Positions 1 through 9,286 of a stretch of 53,403 nucleotides of DNA are shown in pieces (the stretch's first letter is position 1; each line of letters opens with the position of its first letter). Origin of the DNA: a virus (lineage: Duplodnaviria > Caudoviricetes). A program made the translations under genes and the position numbers. Location of the stretch: positions 1 through 53,403 of the IMG/VR virus record IMGVR_UViG_3300025432_000001. One strand, written 5' to 3'. Under the pieces are notes generated by a model. It worked only from the letters and a program-made list of their open reading frames with translations, was not told the origin of the DNA and made no database searches.

Positions 1-127
1 CGCGCCATCGCATCCTCGCGTAGCTTGCCGAAGATCTCCGCGTCGCCGACGATCTGGCGGACCGTGCGTTCGGCCATGTGATCAGTTTGAGCTGATGATC
101 TGAACGAGAGCCTCGGGGCGGCGGCAG
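1..127. repeat. Terminal direct repeat (127 bp), identical to 53277-53403; circular contig overlap
   Basis: First and last 127 nt are identical. A gene (53174-53353) and the capsid stop read correctly across the junction. Confidence 0.97.
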
Positions 128-1137
128 ATCGGCAGCGGGTTCGACTCCGACTTGAGCTCGATGCCCTCGCCGTGATCCTTGATGTGAGGCGAAACGTAGA
201 TCTCGTTGCCCTTGGTGTTGACGAAGCGCAGATCGTGCGCCGGCGCGTTGTAGGTGCGGAACATCTTGCGCGTGCCGCGCGGATACGCGGTGCCGGTGTT
301 GGCCGCCCAGAACGCCTGATTGGTCAGCGTCGTCGCCGACGGCGAGGTCTTTATCGGCGCGGTGCCGTAATATTCGCGGAACAGGATGCGACCGAACTGG
401 AATTCGCGGCCCCACATATTGCCCTGGCTCTCCTTGCGCACCAGCATCGCCAGCATGATCGCCTGCTCGGCGTTCAGGTAGTATTGCAGCACGTTCGTAT
501 GAGTGACGAAGCGCTCGAAGAAGGTCGGATCGACAATCGCTTCGATGCCGGTCATCACCTCGCCGCGCAAGTTGGTGGTGATCGCTTGCCAGACCGCCGC
601 GCACTTGGCGTTCATGTCGGTTGTGGTGGTGCCGAGCACAAAATCGACCTGCGTCGGCGAGACGCCGAACACGGTGTAGAGATTGAGCAGGTTCTGCGAA
701 TTGCCGTCGATCAGGTTGCCCTGCAGGGCCTGGCAACGCAGCCATTCGCGGGTGATGTCGTGATTGAACTTGATGTCCATCAGCCGCTTGGCGACTTCTT
801 CTTCCACCGTGGTGAGGCGCTTCACGTCCTGCATCTGGATCAGGATGTCCTGGATGTCCTGAGGCGTGATCAGGTCGAGCTCGGGGAAGTGCGGCACCTC
901 GACGAAGATCGTCTTGCTCGAGCGCGGCAGCGCCGGCGTGGAGGGCGCGCCGCGTTCCTTGGCCGGCAGCACGCGCAGGACGTGCTCCTCGTAGCGCATT
1001 TCGACGATGCGCGAGATTGAGCCCTCGCTCGGAAACAGGTCGAGCTCGGAGAGGAGCCCGTAAAGCGGCGGAATGACTTCGACCTGCTCGGTGAGCTGCG
1101 TATGGGTGTAAGGAAAAATCAGACTGAGGTCTTCCAC
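82..1137 (-). CDS. Major capsid protein (lambda gpE-like family)
   Basis: About 351 aa from a GTG with an upstream GGAGAG RBS. Motifs resemble capsid E (ITREWLRCQALQG, SESNPLPICRRPEAL). Lies downstream of the decoration gene. Confidence 0.9.
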   Translation of the reverse strand: MEDLSLIFPYTHTQLTEQVEVIPPLYGLLSELDLFPSEGSISRIVEMRYEEHVLRVLPAKERGAPSTPALPRSSKTIFVEVPHFPELDLITPQDIQDILIQMQDVKRLTTVEEEVAKRLMDIKFNHDITREWLRCQALQGNLIDGNSQNLLNLYTVFGVSPTQVDFVLGTTTTDMNAKCAAVWQAITTNLRGEVMTGIEAIVDPTFFERFVTHTNVLQYYLNAEQAIMLAMLVRKESQGNMWGREFQFGRILFREYYGTAPIKTSPSATTLTNQAFWAANTGTAYPRGTRKMFRTYNAPAHDLRFVNTKGNEIYVSPHIKDHGEGIELKSESNPLPICRRPEALVQIISSN

Positions 1138-1222
1138 GGGACTCTCCGTTGTTGGAGCAGCTCGCTGCAATCAGCCGCGCGCGAGCGGGTTGGTGGTGGG
1201 CGGCGCGAGCGCGCGGGGCGCT

Positions 1223-2191
1223 TTAAGAAGGCCGGCAGATGACGTAATTGGCGGCGAGCTGCGCGAGCGCCGCGGCCTGCTGAGGCGATGTAATGCCGGC
1301 GGGCCAGATCAGATAATCGAGGAGGCCGACGACGAGCCGCTCGGCGAGCACCACGGCGGCGGTTGCGGCCGCCGGCACGGTCTGCGGCCTGACGACGATG
1401 CCGACGGCGACCGCGGAGCCATCGACGGCGGACGGATTGAGCGGCGTCACATTGCCGGAACCGGCCTGCACCGCGATGGAGAAGCCATCGCCGAGGACGA
1501 AGGCGGTGCCACCGGCGGTGATGGTGAAGCCGATCTGGTTGGAGAAGGCGGTGCCAGTCGTGCCCTCGCCGACAAACCCGCCGGAAGGATTGTAAAGGCT
1601 GAACTTGGTGGCCGCGTAGAACTCGCCGGTATAGGTGCCGGCTTGGCAGCCGGCTTTGGCGGTGACCGCGCCGCAGGTGCCGTTGCCGGTATTGCCGCCA
1701 TTGGCGGCATAGCTGCCGGGCGGCACCGCGATGGTGAAGCTGTCGCCGGCGACAAAGGCGGTGCCACCGGCGGTGATGGTGAAGCCGAGCTGATTGGCGA
1801 AGGCGGTGCCGGTCGCGCCGGAGCCGACCAGCGCACCCTTCGGATCGTAGACATTGAACGCGGTCGCGGCGGTAAAGCTGACGGTGTAAGTGCCGACCTG
1901 CTCGCCGGTCTGCGCCGTCACCGTGCCGACGGTGCCGTTGCCGGTATTGCCGCCATTGGCGACCGCAGCCGCCGGCGTGCCGCCGCCGATGATAATGCGG
2001 CCCATGACGGTGCCAATATCGAGTAGGCCGCCAATCTGCGGATTTGGCGAGCTGGTCGACGCGCTGCCCTGATTGGCCGCGCAGTTCGGCGCCGCCGTCT
2101 CCTGCTCGAAGGAGATTTCCTCGGCGGCAAACCACTTGAGGAACGCCGTCTGCAGCGTTTGGCGGAATTTGGTCTCGGTGAACAGCGTCAT
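1223..2191 (-). CDS. Head decoration protein (gpD-like) with two internal 85-aa beta-rich repeats
   Basis: Position before the capsid gene. GTVMGRI near the N-terminus and DGSAVAVGIV...LIWPAGIT near the C-terminus are typical. ANGGNTGNGT...FTITAGGTAFV occurs twice, 255 bp apart. Confidence 0.8.
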   Translation of the reverse strand: MTLFTETKFRQTLQTAFLKWFAAEEISFEQETAAPNCAANQGSASTSSPNPQIGGLLDIGTVMGRIIIGGGTPAAAVANGGNTGNGTVGTVTAQTGEQVGTYTVSFTAATAFNVYDPKGALVGSGATGTAFANQLGFTITAGGTAFVAGDSFTIAVPPGSYAANGGNTGNGTCGAVTAKAGCQAGTYTGEFYAATKFSLYNPSGGFVGEGTTGTAFSNQIGFTITAGGTAFVLGDGFSIAVQAGSGNVTPLNPSAVDGSAVAVGIVVRPQTVPAAATAAVVLAERLVVGLLDYLIWPAGITSPQQAAALAQLAANYVICRPS

Positions 2192-2263
2192 GGCTGGCTC
2201 CAATGAGCCCGCGAGCGGGCGGGTTGGTGGGCGGCACGCGCGTGCGCGGGCCGGCGAGTTGCG

Positions 2264-2761
2264 TTATCTGCCCGCGGCGGCGAGCTTTGGCTTCTTGCCG
2301 ATCTTCTCGAGCTGGTGGGCGACGGCGGCCGACAGGCCGGCAGCGCGATCGCGCTGGGCGCCGCTTTCGACGGCGTCGACCTTCGGCGCCGGCACCTTGC
2401 CGTCGAGCCGCGACGTCTTCTCCGGCGCCGCGACGGGCGCGGCCTTGAGCATCTCGATCGCCGCGGCCGGGGCGAGCTCGGTGCTGAAGGCCAGATGGTT
2501 GGCCAGGCCCTCGCGGCCCTTGGCTTCCGGCGCGTTGACGATCGCGGCAATGCGCGCTCGCTCGCCGGTCGCCGCGGCGACGGTGCCTTCCTTCTTGCCC
2601 TCGGTTTTCGCCTCGAGCAGCGCGGCGGCATGCTCCTCCTGGCTGAGGCCGATCTTGAGCGTGCCGGCCCCGATGCGCACCGTTGCGGTCCCGGATTCAC
2701 GCGAGCCATCGGGCTCGGCAGCAGCAGCAATCGCGGCGAGGCCGCGGGAATTCGCGTCCAT
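2264..2761 (-). CDS. Putative capsid scaffolding protein
   Basis: Ala-rich, with ERARIAAIVNAPEAKGREGLANHLAF resembling the Nu3-like C-terminus of lambda-type proteases. Lies between the protease and decoration genes. Confidence 0.7.
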   Translation of the reverse strand: MDANSRGLAAIAAAAEPDGSRESGTATVRIGAGTLKIGLSQEEHAAALLEAKTEGKKEGTVAAATGERARIAAIVNAPEAKGREGLANHLAFSTELAPAAAIEMLKAAPVAAPEKTSRLDGKVPAPKVDAVESGAQRDRAAGLSAAVAHQLEKIGKKPKLAAAGR

Positions 2762-2794
2762 GATGTTCTCCAGGTTTTGAGAAGAGAAAAAGCT

Positions 2795-3721
2795 TCAGCG
2801 ATTCACGCGCTGGACGAATTCGGCAAAGGCCATGCTCGGCCGCACCACGCCGTCGGCAAGTCCGGCCTCGACGGCGTCCTCGCCGCGGAAGACGCCGGCC
2901 TCCGTGGCGAGCGCAGCGCTCTTCGACAGCCGGCGGCCGCGATATCTGGCGACCGCCGTTGCGAACTGTTCGCGGCCCTCGTCGAGATCCGCCTGCCAGC
3001 GCGCGGCGACATCGGCGCCGAGCGGCTTGAACGGCGAGCCGTCGTCTTTGCGCGCGCCGGACGTCAACACGGTCACGCGCACGCCGTCATTCTCGATCGC
3101 GCGGGAAAAATCGACATGCATGGCGACGACGCCGATGGAGCCGGCATAGCCGTTCTCCGGCAGCACGATCTGCCGCGCCGCGGCGGCGAGCAGATAGCCG
3201 CCGGAGTGCGCGAAATCGGTGAGAATGGCGACCGTCGGCTTGACCGCCGAGAGCTCGGCGATCATGTCCGCGGTATCGAAGGCGCCGGCGGCCTCGCCGC
3301 CGAAGGAATCGACCTCGAAGACGACGCCGCGTACGCGCTCGTCGCGCGCCGCGCGCAGCACTTGCGTCTGGATGCCCTCGTAGGAGGTCTCGCCGGAATT
3401 GCTGTCGAGCCAGGCGCCCTTGTGTACCAGCGTGCCCTCGATCGCGATGACCGCGACCGGACCGAAGCGGGTCAGAATGTTGTCGCCGTAGCCCCTCGCC
3501 TCGATCGTCGTTCCCATCGGATCGCCGAGCCGGCCCATCTTTTCCGAAGGACGCCCGCCTGAGAAGGCGACGTGGTCGATTGCGGCCGGGCCGTCGATGA
3601 CGAGCTGGCCATCAATGAGCCGGCCGCCCATGCCGGCAACGATGGCCACCGCCTTGCCGGCGTCGACCATCAGCGGCGTGTTGAAGATGCGCGCGGCGAT
3701 GCGGGGATGACGCAGGTTCAT
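2795..3721 (-). CDS. Prohead protease, peptidase S49 (SppA/gpC-like)
   Basis: Motifs VDSFGGEA, AHSGGYLLA, GSIGVV and SGARKDDGSP. Confidence 0.92.
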   Translation of the reverse strand: MNLRHPRIAARIFNTPLMVDAGKAVAIVAGMGGRLIDGQLVIDGPAAIDHVAFSGGRPSEKMGRLGDPMGTTIEARGYGDNILTRFGPVAVIAIEGTLVHKGAWLDSNSGETSYEGIQTQVLRAARDERVRGVVFEVDSFGGEAAGAFDTADMIAELSAVKPTVAILTDFAHSGGYLLAAAARQIVLPENGYAGSIGVVAMHVDFSRAIENDGVRVTVLTSGARKDDGSPFKPLGADVAARWQADLDEGREQFATAVARYRGRRLSKSAALATEAGVFRGEDAVEAGLADGVVRPSMAFAEFVQRVNR

Positions 3722-5397
3722 GCCGCTTGCTTCTCATTGGTGACGTCTTCCGGCGCCGGCGTTCCCTCGGGATCGTCGCTCGGATCGGTGGCGATGCGGC
3801 CGGGGGCGGAGATGGCGCGCATCAGGCCGCGCGCGGCGAGCTCGTCTTTCTCGATCGCCGCCTGGTCGAGCACGTCGAGCCAGTCCTCGCCGGCGAGCGC
3901 GCATTCCGCCTCGAGCGTGGACGTGAGCTGATCCATGCGGATGCCGGCGGCCTGCGCCTCCTTGACCGGATCGACGTAGCCGCGCGACGGGCCGATCCAG
4001 CGGGCGCACAGATAGGCGCCGGGCACATCCCAGAAATCCGGCGCGCCGGCGGGCGCGGTGATGTAGCGCTTGTCGAAGGCCTCTTCGATCACCGCGTAAT
4101 AGACCGGCGCCACGACCTGCTCGACGAACGATGAGAACAGCGATTCGATGTGGCGCCAGACCTCATTGAGCGCCGCGCGCGCGGACGAATAATTCGTCTT
4201 GGTCCAGTCCATCGCCAGCTGCTCGTAGGACAGGCCGAGCGCGGAAGCGATGGCGCGCAGGAATGCCGTCTCGAAGGCGGCAAAAGCGGTAGTCTGGCGC
4301 GGCGCGGTATTGAGCTTGATCTCGTCGCCGATCGGCAACACCGGGATGCGAACGCCGTTGAGCCGCGCCGGATTCTGCCGCCAGTAAAGGTGCCGCTTGT
4401 CGGCGAAGGTGGTGGCCTGTGGCGTGAACGCCTGCGTCGCGTCGGCGACCGGCAGGTTGGAATGTACGAAGGCGGCGAACAGCGCATTCGTCGTCGCAGT
4501 GGCAATCTCGGTCTCGGCAAACTTGCCGATCATGCGCAAGCCGGTCATCAGCGCCGCGAACGGCGTGATGGCGCGCGACTGATCCTCGCGGTCCGGCTCC
4601 ATGGCGTGGATGAAAACCGGGCGGCCATCCTCGGTGGTGCGCGGGATGGTGGTCCACTTCAGGAGCTGGGCGAAGCGGAACCAGTCGGAGGGATGACCGT
4701 TGCGGACGTGATAGGCGGTCGGGACGCCGTCGTCGTCATAGGAAATGCCGCCGCGCAGCCAGAGCGTGTCGGCCTGGCCGAGCGGATTGCTGAGCCGGTC
4801 GGGATCGATCACGCGCAGGCAGGTGGCATAGCGTGCTGCCGGATGCGGTTTCCAGGTCAGGTAAGCGGTCGACTCGCCGCGGCGCACCGTCGTACGCGCC
4901 TGCAGGCGGAACAGCGTGTTGAGCGAATAGCGCCGCTGTGCGTCGGCGAAGCGCCGCGGATCGTTGGCGAACAGCGCCCACTCGCTCTTGAGCGAGGCGG
5001 CGAGTTTTTTGATGATGTCGCGGCCGGAGCGGTTTGCGGTATCGACGCCGAGCGCGTGGGCATCGGGCCGCGGCGCCAGCCGGATGCCGGCGCCGACCAG
5101 CATGTCGACCAGCCGCATGATGCCGGCGGCGGCATGCGGATTGTTGCGCGCGAGATCGTCGGCGCGACTGTTGGCCCAGACGCGGTCATAGAGGGTCGCG
5201 CTCTCGGCCGAGGTGAGCGGCGGCCGCCAGGCGTAGGTTTCCTGATAATCGAGGCTGGCGCCCTTGTAGACCGCGGGGAAGGCACCCTCGGGGCGCTCGG
5301 TGGTCTCGGTGGGGCCCCACAGCGTGTCGATGCGCGCGCGTGCCCGCGCCCAAAAACTCAGGCCCGAGGGCTGGATCGGAGCAGGCGAAGCACTCAC
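3718..5397 (-). CDS. Portal protein, lambda family
   Basis: 559 aa; RADDLARNNPHAAA, DWTKTNYSSARAAL and GYVDPVKEAQA motifs; synteny. Confidence 0.95.
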   Translation of the reverse strand: MSASPAPIQPSGLSFWARARARIDTLWGPTETTERPEGAFPAVYKGASLDYQETYAWRPPLTSAESATLYDRVWANSRADDLARNNPHAAAGIMRLVDMLVGAGIRLAPRPDAHALGVDTANRSGRDIIKKLAASLKSEWALFANDPRRFADAQRRYSLNTLFRLQARTTVRRGESTAYLTWKPHPAARYATCLRVIDPDRLSNPLGQADTLWLRGGISYDDDGVPTAYHVRNGHPSDWFRFAQLLKWTTIPRTTEDGRPVFIHAMEPDREDQSRAITPFAALMTGLRMIGKFAETEIATATTNALFAAFVHSNLPVADATQAFTPQATTFADKRHLYWRQNPARLNGVRIPVLPIGDEIKLNTAPRQTTAFAAFETAFLRAIASALGLSYEQLAMDWTKTNYSSARAALNEVWRHIESLFSSFVEQVVAPVYYAVIEEAFDKRYITAPAGAPDFWDVPGAYLCARWIGPSRGYVDPVKEAQAAGIRMDQLTSTLEAECALAGEDWLDVLDQAAIEKDELAARGLMRAISAPGRIATDPSDDPEGTPAPEDVTNEKQAA

Positions 5398-5403
5398 CGG
5401 TCT

Positions 5404-5607
5404 CTAACTCCCGCTGACCAGTTCGCCATGCTCGTCGTAACTGCGGCTGACGACGGCGAGACCTGCGCGCGCCGGCGACGCGTAATCCACTTTCGCCAGA
5501 TCCGCGGCGAGCTGCGCGGCCGGCGTGCCGAACGCTTGGGCGAGCGGCACGATTTCCAGCGATGCTTTTGCGCCGCGCGCGAGCGCACGCCGTTCTTTGC
5601 GCGTCAT
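5404..5607 (-). CDS. Hypothetical protein
   Basis: 67-aa ORF tightly packed between gpW and the portal gene. Confidence 0.55.
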   Translation of the reverse strand: MTRKERRALARGAKASLEIVPLAQAFGTPAAQLAADLAKVDYASPARAGLAVVSRSYDEHGELVSGS

Positions 5608-5608
5608 T

Positions 5609-5830
5609 TCAAAACACCACGTTGATCGCGCCGCGGCGCCGGTCGCGGCCGTGAAGCTGGTCGCGCAGCAGATCGACGTAAGCGCGCAGCTCGTTGATCT
5701 TCGGCGGGGTAAACTCGGTCGATGACCCGTCGCTCAAGCGCACGCTGACGAACGCCTCGCCGATCTGCAGCCGGTGCAGTGCGTTCTCGGCCTGGCGCAG
5801 GCGCTCGACGATCTCCGGAGTGAACGTCAT
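5609..5830 (-). CDS. Head-tail joining protein gpW-like
   Basis: 73 aa; AENALHRLQIGEAFVSV...ELRAYVDLL...RRGAINVVF; between terL and portal. Confidence 0.85.
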   Translation of the reverse strand: MTFTPEIVERLRQAENALHRLQIGEAFVSVRLSDGSSTEFTPPKINELRAYVDLLRDQLHGRDRRRGAINVVF

Positions 5831-5833
5831 CGC

Positions 5834-7786
5834 TCACAGCCCCTTGTTCAATGACGCGAGCTGCTCGAAATAGCTTTTTTGTTCGCCCGCGTTTGCCGCC
5901 GGCGCCGGCGCCTCCACCGGCAGCTCCTCGGCGCTCACGCCCCGCGCGATCGCGCGCGCAGCCCAATCGTCGGCCTTGAAGCTCGTGAAATAGGCGTGCG
6001 CGCCGGCGATGTTGCCGACGCGGCAGTCGAGGAAGTGATTGTCGCGGTGCGGCCGCTGCTTCCAAGTCTTGCGCTTGCGGCCGCGGAACGCACCGTCCTC
6101 GAGATATTCCGAGGTGATCTGCTTGAAGTAGTTCTCGTCGAGGAAGCGGCCGAAGTGGCAGAAGCCCGGTGGGAACGTGAGGCCGGCGCCGTCGGCGATC
6201 GGCATCAGCGCCGCATAGGTATAGAATTTCGACTTCAGCGGCCAGGTGCCCATCAGGCGGAGCTTGGCGCCGCCTTTGATCTTGCGGCCGCGGTAATCGA
6301 TGTCCTGGTCGGTGGCGATCCCGAGCGGCACTTTCGACCAGCCGTCGTCGCCCTTGGTCGCCCTGGTGCCGGGATGCCGCCGCGTCCACTCGTAGACGAC
6401 GTCGGTGCGATAGCCGGAGTCGATCAGGAACTCGTCGGCGCGGAATTTGCGGCCGTTGGTGTCGGGCCACTCGCGCTCGTAGAGCTTTGTGAGCTCGGCG
6501 AAGGCGCCGGCGTCGACTTCGGTGGTCGAGCCGTCGAGATAATCGGCGAAGATGGTCCAGCTCTGCTGATCGGGTGCGAACGCCACCACCTCGACATAGA
6601 TGCCGCGCATCTGCACGTCGGCCGAGACGTTGACGAGGAGCGCACCGGGCGGAATCACCTCGGGCGGATAATCCTCGCGCCGCTGCATCAGCAGCTCGTA
6701 GTCCGGTGCATCGACGGCGACGTTGAAGGGTAAGCCCAGCGTGAGATTCCAGAAGGTCTTCAGCTTGGCCGGGTCGTTGCCGGCGGCGACGTAATCCGCG
6801 GCGATGCCGTCCCAGGTGGAGAACGGCGCCGAGAGCTCATCGAAGTGATAGGACGGATATTTGCCCGGGCCCGGCGCGGTCGCAACCCATCGGCCGGTGC
6901 GGTAGACGGCGACCTTCTGCGCGCTCTCGATGACGCCGCCGCAGCATCGCGCGACGTAATAGGCCTGGTGCGGGAAGGTCTTCTTGAATTTGAGCCCGTG
7001 CGTCGTCGGATCATAAGGCGCATTCCACTCCAGCACGATGCGCTCTTTGCAGTGCGGGCAGTCGACGTGCCAGCGGCGCTGGTCGCCGGCGGCGTGTTTT
7101 TCCTCGATCTTCGAGGCGTCCTGGATGACCGGCGTCGAGACGTAGGCGCGTTTCCAGGTGCCCGAGGCCTTGAACGATTTTTGCCCGCGGGCGACCAGCG
7201 AGAGCGGATCGCCCTGGCCGTCGAGGTCATCCTCGTATTCGTCGACCTCGTCGCACAGCGCCTTCTTCGCCGTCAGCATGCGCAGGTTTGCCGGCGAGGA
7301 GGCGAGCAGCAGCGACAACGAGCCGCGCGGAAATCTCTTTTCGTAGGTGGTCGAGCCGGCGGCCGAGCGCGACGACTGCGGATAGACCTTGTCGCGGAGC
7401 GGCGCGGTCAGTTCGATCATGCGGCCGAGCTTGATCGAATTGAACTTGCGCAGCGCCACGTCGGTGGGCTGCACCACCACCATGTCGCAAGGGTCGCGGT
7501 CGATCGAATGGCCAATGGCGCATAAGAGCATGGTGGTGAAGGCGGTCTGTCCCGACTTCATCACCGCGATTTCGTTGACCGGCGCGTCCGGCCCGAGCAT
7601 GTCCAGCGGCTCGACAATGTGCGGCGTGCGGCGCAGGTCGATCTTCTCGCCGGCATATTCGCCGTCCGGCAGCACCGCAAATTCGGCCGCCCAGGCCGAT
7701 GGCGCGATCGGCGCCGCCGGCGCGAAGTGGGCGGCGAGCGTGCCGCCGACGATGGCGCGCGCCGAGTGGATGTATTCGAGCCTCAT
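5834..7786 (-). CDS. terL: Terminase large subunit, GpA family
   Basis: 650 aa; VMKSGQTAFT Walker A region, CDEVDEY Walker B, VSTP, CPHC, ADVQ and NHFLDCRV nuclease motifs. Confidence 0.96.
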   Translation of the reverse strand: MRLEYIHSARAIVGGTLAAHFAPAAPIAPSAWAAEFAVLPDGEYAGEKIDLRRTPHIVEPLDMLGPDAPVNEIAVMKSGQTAFTTMLLCAIGHSIDRDPCDMVVVQPTDVALRKFNSIKLGRMIELTAPLRDKVYPQSSRSAAGSTTYEKRFPRGSLSLLLASSPANLRMLTAKKALCDEVDEYEDDLDGQGDPLSLVARGQKSFKASGTWKRAYVSTPVIQDASKIEEKHAAGDQRRWHVDCPHCKERIVLEWNAPYDPTTHGLKFKKTFPHQAYYVARCCGGVIESAQKVAVYRTGRWVATAPGPGKYPSYHFDELSAPFSTWDGIAADYVAAGNDPAKLKTFWNLTLGLPFNVAVDAPDYELLMQRREDYPPEVIPPGALLVNVSADVQMRGIYVEVVAFAPDQQSWTIFADYLDGSTTEVDAGAFAELTKLYEREWPDTNGRKFRADEFLIDSGYRTDVVYEWTRRHPGTRATKGDDGWSKVPLGIATDQDIDYRGRKIKGGAKLRLMGTWPLKSKFYTYAALMPIADGAGLTFPPGFCHFGRFLDENYFKQITSEYLEDGAFRGRKRKTWKQRPHRDNHFLDCRVGNIAGAHAYFTSFKADDWAARAIARGVSAEELPVEAPAPAANAGEQKSYFEQLASLNKGL

Positions 7787-8484
7787 GGCGCCTGGTCGGC
7801 CTGGTCCGCCTCGTCCGGCAGATCCGCGGCGAGCGGTCCGGCGGCTTCCTCGGCTTTGCCCTGTGTCTCGAGCTTGGCGAAGGCCTCGGCCAGGCCGGTG
7901 CGCAATTCGAAGGCGATTGTCTTGAGCAGTGCGCGGGCGCCGGCTTCGCCGTTGGCGCCGACGGCTTCCGTCAGATCCGCGGAGCGCAGCGGCAACCGGT
8001 CGATTAGCTGCACCGCCGCGTCGCCCGCGGCGCGCAAGGCGGCGATGACATCGGCGATCGGCACGATCAGGCCGCGGCGCTCGGCGAGGTCGAGCTTCTT
8101 CAGCTCGGCCTCGTAATGGATTTTCTGCAGCTGCGCGCCACTGAGCGTCGGCTCGGCGCCGGACGGCGCCGCCGTTGCGCCGGGCTGCGGCTTTGTTGCG
8201 CCCGCGGGCGACTCCGGCGCGCGGAAGTGGCGCGCGGTGGCGGCCGCCTGCACCTTCACCGGGTCGGCGATCTCGCCGAGCGCGCGGGCGAACGCGGCCG
8301 GGTCGATCAGCTTCTCGCCGCGCTCGCCTTCACGCGTCTCGAGCTTGCCGGCGGCGACCAGCTTTTTGACCTGGCGCGAGATCAGCGCCTTGTCGCGTTT
8401 CCGCGTCCGCGCCAATTCCGACAGCGACAAGAGCTGCGGCGCAGCGGCGGCCGTCGCCGGTCCAGCGACTGTCACCGTTGACAC
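7783..8484 (-). CDS. terS: Terminase small subunit
   Basis: N-terminal winged-HTH-like segment (LSLSELAR...ISRQVK) and a coiled coil (AELKKLDLAERRGLIVP); overlaps the terL start. Exact start is uncertain. Confidence 0.82.
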   Translation of the reverse strand: MSTVTVAGPATAAAAPQLLSLSELARTRKRDKALISRQVKKLVAAGKLETREGERGEKLIDPAAFARALGEIADPVKVQAAATARHFRAPESPAGATKPQPGATAAPSGAEPTLSGAQLQKIHYEAELKKLDLAERRGLIVPIADVIAALRAAGDAAVQLIDRLPLRSADLTEAVGANGEAGARALLKTIAFELRTGLAEAFAKLETQGKAEEAAGPLAADLPDEADQADQAP

Positions 8485-8529
8485 CGTTGACCGTTGACCC
8501 AGGATTTTTAGAGATCAGCTAGGGCTTTT

Positions 8530-8576
8530 TCGAGCTGCCGCGCAAGCGCGGGGGGTACCCCGCCAGGAAGGACCCG
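8530..8576 (-). other. Putative cos region (cosQ-like GGGTCCT at 8569-8575, followed by candidate cosN)
   Basis: Minus strand reads CGGGTCCTTCCTGGCGGGGTACCCCCCGCGCTTGCGCGGCAGCTCG. GGGTCCT equals lambda cosQ and sits just upstream of terS. Confidence 0.65.
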
Positions 8577-8704
8577 CCGCCCTCGGCCGGTTGCGCCGCC
8601 GGATGGTTCAGACATCACTTTTGATGGTTTAAATATGACTTTTGATGACTGAGACATCACCTGGGGCGACCATCCTGCCGCGGATGTGGTTCCGGTAGCG
8701 CGGA

Positions 8705-9286
8705 TCAGCCACGCGGAGCGAAACCTGAGAGCAATGCGCCGAGCTCGCGCTCGGCCGCGATCGGCAACTCGGCGGCGACGGTCGACTCGAAGGTCGTCTT
8801 CACATCATCCTTGAGCAGCTCGCGCGGAATGGCCGGCCCGAATAGCTCTCTGATCGGCAATCGGCCGACACGCGACCCTCCGTGCACTTCACGGACGAAG
8901 ACATGGCCGCCGAGGGTAGTCCCTATAAACGCGTGCGCAAACACGCGTCGCGTGCCCCACGGCGCCGCCGAGACGCCATCCTTGCGCTGGCGCGCCGAAA
9001 ATGCCGAGAGCGGCAGGAAGCCGCCGAAGCCGACGATGCGGTAGGCGAGCTCGCCATAATTGGCGCGCCTGATCTTCAGCGCGCGGCGCACCGTGCCATA
9101 CTTCGCGCCGGTTTGCTTGACCAGCGCGCGCACGACTTTGGTGCGCGCCTTGTCGCCGACGCGATTGATGGCGCGGCGCATGATGTGCGGCGCCTGATTG
9201 CCGACTGTGCGCAGCCGCTGCGCCATCTCCTCGAAGTCGGCGCGAATGTCGAGCGTGAACAGTCCGAAATCATGAGAAGCTTTCAC
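8705..9286 (-). CDS. Minor tail protein Z-like (tail completion)
   Basis: RRAINRVGDKARTKV...AFIG...HVFVR...RLPIRELFGPAIP resembles the gpZ family. GTG start overlaps the upstream stop. Confidence 0.72.
   Translation of the reverse strand: MKASHDFGLFTLDIRADFEEMAQRLRTVGNQAPHIMRRAINRVGDKARTKVVRALVKQTGAKYGTVRRALKIRRANYGELAYRIVGFGGFLPLSAFSARQRKDGVSAAPWGTRRVFAHAFIGTTLGGHVFVREVHGGSRVGRLPIRELFGPAIPRELLKDDVKTTFESTVAAELPIAAERELGALLSGFAPRG

Noticed and set aside
1-127. Terminal repeat as a biological direct terminal repeat
   Set aside because: 127 bp equals a common assembler k-mer, it falls across the capsid stop, and a cos-like site exists elsewhere (about 8550).
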